A DNA stretch of 64,000 nucleotides from Octopus vulgaris (lineage: Eukaryota), in the NCBI GenBank assembly GCA_951406725.2, contig OX597815.1, positions 200,694,001-200,758,000 of the forward strand, given 5' to 3'. A program made the position numbers and the translations under genes. Shown here piece after piece: positions 56,243 through 64,000 of the stretch. The notes under the pieces were generated by a model that did not search any database, was not told the DNA's origin, and worked only from the letters and a program-made list of their open reading frames with translations. Every line of letters starts with the position of its first letter. Position 1 is the first letter of the stretch.

Positions 56243-56474
56243 CTTGCTTTACTACCCACAAGGGGCTAAACACAGAGAGGACAAACAATGACAGACAAAC
56301 AGATTAAGTCGATTATATCGACCCCAGTACGTAACTGGTACTTATTTAATCGACCCCGAAAGGATGAAAGGCAAAGTCGACCTCGGCGGAATTTGAACTC
56401 AGAACGTTGCGGCAGACGAAATACCGATAAGCATTTCGCCCGGCGTGCTAACGATTCTGCCAGCTCGCCGCCTT
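56243..56474 (-). mobile_element. SINE family B, full length, with ~17 bp TSD
   Basis: Head at 56474. tgtactatttacatatc at 56225-56241 and 56507-56523. Confidence 0.88.
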
Positions 56475-56504
56475 ATATGTACTATTTTAGGCTCGCCGCC
56501 TAAA

Positions 56505-56770
56505 TATGTACTATTTACATATCAACTTATGTTACTGTTTACCACACGCTTATGGTACTATATACCACATGGTACTATTTACGACATGGTACTATTAACC
56601 ACATGGTGATATTTACATACCAACTTATAGTATTATTTGACACAGTCTTATGGTACTATATACCACATAGTACTATTTACGACATGGTACTATTAACTAC
56701 ATTGTGATATTTACATACCAACTTATAGTATTATTTGACACACGCTTATGGTACTATTTACGTATCAACT
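56505..56770. repeat. Minisatellite of ~17-21 bp (catggtactattta-like) in ~98 bp higher-order units
   Basis: tatggtactatataccacat..tattatttgacac occurs twice, plus partial copies. Confidence 0.85.
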
Positions 56771-57366
56771 AGTAACACACCTGATAACCTTCTACTATGA
56801 AGTCGAGAGAAACTGCCTCTATTTAAACAATAATCGTTCAAACATATAACATCTCTATGATCTATATTCTGCTATATATTCATCCACATAGGAATTTGTT
56901 TGGGTAATAACTGACTGATCATTTGAATTCAGTAATTATTACCATTAAGATAGCTGTTATTCAATATACAATGCTGCTCACGAAGGATCGACTCCACATA
57001 GAACTCCTTAAGGAGGGAACATTTATTATTTATATTGCATTGCACTGCGGCCTACTTCACATATTCACGATGGCGTTATATTAAATATAATAACAACTCA
57101 ATTGTAGATGTTACTGCGAATCATCACAAGAAACTTGTTCTGAAATTGTATTACCTAAACAAGGTTTTATGTTTCCCTTGCGATAGCTTGCAAAAGTAAT
57201 TAACATATATATATACGTATGTATGCGTTTGTCTGTTAGTATGTGTGTAATTGTGTGCAAGTGCGCGGTTGTAATTCAATGTGTGAAAGTGTGCGAGCAA
57301 ACGTGGGTGTACGTGCATGCTTGCGTGCCTCTGTGTGAGAGTGATAGAGTGTATGTGTGTGTGTGT

Positions 57367-57407
<41 letters not shown>

Positions 57408-59088
57408 TGTTTTCGCGCGTATGTGTATTGTCCAAGTGAAAGAGCATGGTCTGAGAATGTGACCTGAAATAGAATTCTAAATAATTAGAAATCACGATTG
57501 TGTGTTGAAGTAAATTATCCACAATTTCCTCTCAAGCACATTCACCAATGGAAACAAGATCTACATTAAATAGACCTCGTTGTCTCTTGTGTAATAAATC
57601 TAATTTCAAACTCGTGGCTGGTTATTTTAGAAAACAATATCTCCTGGATACAATTCGAATTCACTTAGACAACTTTCCAGGAAATGTGCTGATTAGCATA
57701 AAAAACACACATTCCAGAATAATTATTATAAATCTTATAATCGCGATCAATAACATGATCGATACAACTCTTCCGTGTGTTTCTATGAAGAAGCTGAAAT
57801 GTCATTTATTAATCAAACTTTGTTCGCCATTGAAGTCTTGAGAAGTAACTGACCAGATTTCTATAGGGCCTGTCTGGACGTCAAGTTCACAAAGTAAAAT
57901 AAATTACTAAAGTCGAATGTGTATTTGGAATAAAAAAAAGAGTAAAAATCAAAATAGAATAGGATAAGACAGAATTTTTTAATGTCTATTTAGTGTTTTA
58001 TTCGTTTAATGGTCCTGATATCGTTTCTTTAAATAACTTTGCATTAAATAAATAAATACACAAATAAATAAATAAATACGCCACACCAGAATATTGAATA
58101 TTTAAATTACTCTACAGAATTAATGAAGCTTAGAACAACTGGAACTAAGGTCGTTTTTTATTAAATAAATCTCGTCAAAGATTCAGTAATAAATCTGTGC
58201 AATTTGGAATTTTCTATAGTCTCTTAAATAGCTAAGATTATAACTGTGCCACAAAATTTCGAATTATCTAAAACTATGTGATTTTTTTAAACAACGGCAT
58301 TAAATATACTTTGTTTAATAATATGGTTTATATATTTTATTAAAAATATAACATATTTCATGTTACAAGGTAGAATATTTTTCTTTTATGCATAATAAGA
58401 TAACACGAGGAAGTAAAGTATCATTGCTATACTACGAGTAGAACATATAAGATTGTAAGACATTTAAAGTTTAAAACATGTATTTCCTCGTCTTGGCTTT
58501 TAAATATGTTTCGTGTACCAGCTTCTCCTTAGCCATCTTTAGCTAAATGAACTAACTCAGAGAACATTCATACTCAGAGAACAAGTTTTAGGTATTTGTG
58601 ATATATATCGTGTCTAATTTTCACAACATCGATGTAAAAAAAAAAAAAAATATTAATGTCTGCATTTGTTCTTTAATCCGAACATCTCTTATGATTATTG
58701 CCGGCGAGCAGGCAGAATCCTTAACAAACCAGGTAAAATGATAAGCGGCATTTCTGACTTCAAATTCCGCCGAAGTGGACATTGTCTTTTATTCATTCGG
58801 GATGGATACAATAAGTAGCATTTGAGTCCCGTGGCCGAAGTAATGCACTTATGTCTTGCCCCACCCACCAGTTCTACTGGCCTTGTAATAAAATTTGAAA
58901 TCAATATTTTTGGAGTAAGCGTAAGTATTCTCTTAACTAAATGCAATACCTGACTCATAGCTTATATGTTCGTAGTTCGTTGGTTATCACGTTTATTAGA
59001 CATGATAGACGAGGTGCTTTCTTTACTCTACGCCTCCTCACTCAAGGATGTAGATTGCAGTTCGAAAGAACAGTATGTCTATAGCCAT

Positions 59089-59470
59089 AAGCGCAGGAGT
59101 GGCTGTGAGGTAAGTAGGTTGCTTACCAACCACATTGTTCCGGGTTCAGTCCCACTGCGTGGCACCTTGGGCGAGTGTCTTCTACTATAGCCTCGGGCCG
59201 ACCAAAGTCTTGTGAGTGGATTTGGTTGAGAGAAACTGAAACATGCCAGTCGTAAATATGTTTATATGTGTGTGTATGTGTGTTTGTGTGTGTGTGTGAG
59301 TGTGTGTGCGTGTGTGTGACTGTGTGTTTGTGTCTGTGTTAGCCGTTCGGCAAAAGAGACCGATAGAATAAGTACTAGGCTTACAAAGAATAAGTCGTGG
59401 GGTCGATTTGCTCGAAAAAAGGTGATGCTCCAGCATGGCCGCAATCAAATTACTGAAACAAGTAAAAGAG
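59089..59470 (+). mobile_element. tRNA-derived SINE family A (internal deletion)
   Basis: Head and tail are present; part of the 3' half is missing. Confidence 0.85.
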
Positions 59471-60324
59471 TTGCAGTTTTTCCCCGAGCCGAATAGCCTT
59501 GAAAATATACCATCTACTGCAAACTGTGATTGACTAATGCCTTTACACATACACATACGTGTGTATGTATGTATGTATGTATGTATGTATGTATGTCTGT
59601 ATGTATGTATGTATTAATAATTAAATGAATAGGTAATGCTAAAGTAAACACCAGACTAAAAAATGACTGGTCGATAAGATCTATGTAGTGTCACCATATG
59701 GTGGTAATTCATTTATTAAAATCATTAAAATTGTATGATAACCCAATATGAAATTATCAAAGGCCACGGTATTTCTCATTGCTCAACGAACCAATAAACC
59801 AATATATTTTAATATTATTCCGCTTCTTTTTTAAAATTTAATAACTAAAATATAAATTTCCATACATATGTGTTCCTAGAATTCACGTTCGGTATAAAAT
59901 CTCTATACGGTTTTTTGTGCGGAACCTGATTCTGTATGCAGAATTCGATATATTGGACAAAATCTGAGGCAATACATGAGCTCTTTTTTGTAATGGCCTA
60001 TCAATTTCATTTATATTTTAATGGTAAACTATTCAGATTTACGTTTTACATCATGGCTTGAAAAGTGGGTACCAGTATGGTGATGAAACGAGTAAATTCC
60101 AATCGGAAATAGAATGTGTGAAAGTCCCTCTGTTGATGGACTGCAGCGATGTTTGCTTAAAAAAGAGAAATTTTGACTGTAAGAAAATAACGAAAGCAAT
60201 ATTCACTAAAGAAGCACCATAATACAAAGAAATAATTACACGTAAAATATGAAAATTATTAGAATTGGGAATCAAAGGTGAAAGTATTACCAAGTGTCTT
60301 GTAGAAAACCGCCCGGAAGGCAGT

Positions 60325-60555
60325 CTTTCTGCTAGTATAATGTTAACGATATTTACGTAATGTATGTGCTTTGTGTATTGTCCAGTGGCAAGGGTGTATA
60401 CACTGTCAAAAAGCCGGATGTTAAAACACCTTCGAGACTTGTGTTAACACCCGGCGCATTAAGAGTGTATATACTCCACCAGGCTATTGCAGCCACAGGA
60501 AAATACACGGAACTCATACATTAAGTATATGTAGTTGATAATATCTATCATGCTA
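60325..60555. repeat. Degenerate palindrome (MITE-like or old fold-back)
   Basis: Nested inverted blocks aatgtatg/catacatt, gtgtatt/aatacac, tatacact/agtgtata and gccggatgttaaaaca/tgtgttaacacccggc. Confidence 0.6.
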
Positions 60556-60582
60556 GATCTGCTTGTATTTCATATATATATA

Positions 60583-60627
<45 letters not shown>

Positions 60628-60637
60628 GTGTGTGTGT

Positions 60638-61135
60638 AGTTTAAATTTATTGCAAAACAAGACAAAGACAGGTGTATGAACAACAAGCAAGTGTATTTGT
60701 TTGACGCTTGAGAAAAATGATAAAGTCTTTTACGTTTCGTGCATACGCTCTTCAACAGAAAGCAATAGGAGAAGATAAACAGTGAGAGGGAAAACAATGT
60801 AGATTTCAGTGGTCCAGCATGGAGTATTAACTAATAGTAGGATATGAATTTCGCATAAGACTTTCATTACAAACAACATATGTTTCGATCCATCAATCTC
60901 AGTATCTTCTGGTACATTGATAAAGAGACAGATGGGTGGAAACGTATGTTGTACCTAATAAATGTCTATTATGAAATCCTTCTCCTACTATTAATTAATA
61001 CGATTACCCTAACTGCCACTGCAAAGTTCCTGAAATACATCCAACAGAAGAGTACCAAAACTGCGAATAACAGCAAGTAGCATAAAGTGCACTGATAGTC
61101 TACTCAACATTTAAACGCACTAATCGACTTACACC

Positions 61136-61211
<76 letters not shown>

Positions 61212-61391
61212 CATTATAATAATAATTATTATTATTATATACATACATACATGCATATATATATATGTATGTATGCATATGTATATATACATACAGTTTC
61301 TCCCTCATGCTGTTTATCTTCCCTTATTTCTTTATGCTGAAGAGCGTATGCTCGAAACGTAAAATACATTATCGTTTTTCTCACACGTCAA

Positions 61392-61393
<2 letters not shown>
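60638..61393 (-). mobile_element. Inverted pair of PLE pseudo-LTR-like copies, each with an HHR-like motif
   Basis: 60700-60795 (minus) is homologous to 61296-61393 (plus). Motif (C/T)TGAAGAGCGTATGC(T/A)CGAAACGTAAAA at ~60725-60760 and ~61337-61364. Confidence 0.7.
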
Positions 61394-61444
<51 letters not shown>

Positions 61445-61451
<7 letters not shown>

Positions 61452-61786
61452 AAATATTAGAGAGTCAACTTTGAATATGTTAACTCTAGTATGTAATCTG
61501 CATTTTGTTAATGAAGAAACAATTGTACAACATTAATCCATTATTTAGTAGTAGTTTAATTTCATAGCGTTGATTGTGGTGCTATTTCTATGTGGATTTA
61601 TCGTCGGCGACTTTTACCGATCGGACCTATTTCTAGCACTAGAGTTAACATATTCAAAGTTGACTCTCTAATATTTACGGATAAATATGAATTTGTGTCC
61701 CCGGTTTTTTGTGCTAGGTCGCTTGGTGTTAAAATAAGGGTATTATTGAATTAATATCTATAATTTTATTCACCCTCATTATTTAA
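61445..61786 (+). mobile_element. Mini fold-back in (TA)n, 46-bp perfect arms, 3' half of an HHR
   Basis: Arms 61445-61490 and 61638-61683. GAAAC AATT GTA at 61516-61527. The tail resembles the reverse complement of 19607-19660. Confidence 0.75.
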
Positions 61787-61808
61787 TATATATATATATA
61801 TATATATA

Positions 61809-62047
61809 CTTTATTTAAAGCAGCAGAAAATTCAACAAAATCTGTTACTCTGAGTTTCTCGTTGCCGTTCATCAGACAGTTTTTGCTAGATTCTAGCAAA
61901 AACTGTCTTATGAACGGCAACGAGAAACTCAGAGTAACAGATTTTGTTGAATTTTCTGCTGCTTTAAATAAAGCATATTACTCTACCACTGGTATTTGAG
62001 TACTCTTTTTTCCACCTTGTTTCACATTTATGTGTTTACTCCGGTAA
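61809..62047 (+). mobile_element. Mini fold-back in (TA)n, 82-bp arms, HHR in both arms
   Basis: Arms 61809-61890 and 61892-61973 with one mismatch. Tail to ~62047. (TA)n flanks. Confidence 0.88.
61837..61884 (-). ncRNA. Type I hammerhead ribozyme (intact core)
   Basis: aaaaaCTGT CTGATGA aCG GCAA CGa GAAA CTCAGA GTA ACAGatttt. Stem I CTGT/ACAG, GNRA-capped short stem II, GUA triplet. Confidence 0.75.
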
Positions 62048-62048
62048 T

Positions 62049-62126
<78 letters not shown>

Positions 62127-62147
62127 TATATAAATATATGTATATAC

Positions 62148-62350
<203 letters not shown>

Positions 62351-63840
62351 GTGTGTGTGTGCGATGTAACTTGTGTGTTAAATATTCATATTTACTGGGA
62401 AAATTGAATTTGTTTGTAGCTTAGTGTTTGGGGAAAGGTTTTTCGGTGTATAATTGATCAACAATTCATGATAGGACTAAATAACCTAACATTTCTTTAC
62501 TGAAATGTCTAGGTTCGGTAAGAAAACGCATGACCTTGTATGTAAATAGTATCCATTATAACGAACTTTTCAGCAGACATTACTTCCTGAATCAATGCTA
62601 ACGTCTTGTAGTTATACTTTTGTAAATTATTGGTTATTCTATAATCTGATTCCAACACAATTTCGCCAAGTGTTAAATAAATTTCTAGAAATTCTTTTCT
62701 ACTTTTCGATGCCTCTAAGAGAGGAAATAATCTTGAGTATATCCATAGAGATAATTAACTCACTATCTCTCGTTTGGATTATCTGAATTCCTGTTGCTGG
62801 TTGCAGTATATTTTGACAGTTGTAAAGTTTGTTAAACTTTGAAAGAAAATTGCTGCTGTAATGACATAATATTCCGGTTCTATTACTTACATTTTGAGGA
62901 CGGTATAATAAAGATTTTAACCAATAAAAAATACTGGTAAGTCATTATTTTGGCAAAAGCAGCCTAATCGAATATTGGTTTGACCACAATTTCTTGAAGC
63001 GCTCAGTCAGTTGTAATCGATAAGGTTTAAAAAAAAAATAGTGGTCGAAGGTTTGGTAGGCTCCATAGTATTGCTAATGTTAGTGTTAATAAGTAATCTC
63101 ATAATTAATATAACGAAGTCAATTACAAGGTATATTAAATTTTATATTAAGTAGCTTTCGATGTTCTATACATATACAATAAAAATATCTAACAAGTAAT
63201 TTAATTGGTTGGATTTGGTGCAGAATATACCATTAAATCCAAATTAAGCTGACAATTTGATTATAAAGCAATACACTATAATGATTATACACAAACTATT
63301 TCAAGCTTTAGATGTTGATAAGCCATGTGACACAAATAGGTTTTTGAATCGAATATATACAAACATAATTATTTCTAAAGAAAGTATTCCTATATAAAAC
63401 ATTGGTCTCTGCGTAACATTTATGGAAAATCAGGAGAGAATATGACTTAAGATAGAAAAAAATATTTATCTGAAGAATCAGAAGTCATATAATGAAAATT
63501 TTCGATTATGTATATATAGATTGAAAACCCAAATATACAAAAATTTATATGCAAGTCCACGATGAGGGAGAGCTAGGCGCTAAAATAGAAAATATTTGAA
63601 CTCTAAGAATATGTTTAAATATATAGATATGCAAATAGCATGTATATGTGAATGATGTATGTGTGTGCGCGCGAGCGTATAAAGAGGAAGTTAGGTAGAT
63701 AGATACATGCACGCACACACACCGCACACGCGCGCTGGCACACATACACACGCGCGTATATATATATATATTTATGAATGTGTGTGTGCGAGCGGGCATG
63801 TGAATACGTGCATGTTTATATCTACCTAACTTTCTCTTTA

Positions 63841-63885
<45 letters not shown>

Positions 63886-64000
63886 TTCCATGCAGATATA
63901 CCACAAATTCACTAGGGCATTTTATTCCATTATACGTAAATTAGAAGGAAATATTTTGCGTGGCATGGAAGAGCAAGGGAGATTGAGACCGGTTTCTTTG

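Overview
AT-rich, microsatellite-saturated eukaryotic DNA, intronic or intergenic. The SINE families and microsatellite load suggest a cephalopod (Octopus-like) genome; this is inference. No host gene can be supported, and almost all ORF-track entries are translated (TA)n/(CA)n repeats. The main signal is a recurrent architecture: microsatellite, inverted 3'-truncated copy, minimal type I hammerhead ribozyme (HHR)-like motif with a palindromic stem III, sense copy, short unpaired tail, microsatellite. It appears as a young 5.2 kb fold-back (20035-25233) whose ~1.86 kb near-identical arms each carry an HHR and enclose an open GIY-YIG endonuclease-only ORF of a Penelope-like element (PLE). It also appears as about eight sequence-unrelated 0.2-0.8 kb mini fold-backs, plus a rearranged PLE RT fragment with an HHR. 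The window also holds two abundant tRNA-derived SINE families, two non-autonomous Helitrons, an ORF1-only LINE-like relic, R4/Dong-type 3' ends in (TAA)n, and RTE, CR1 and mariner fragments. All coordinates were read by eye and are approximate to a few bases.
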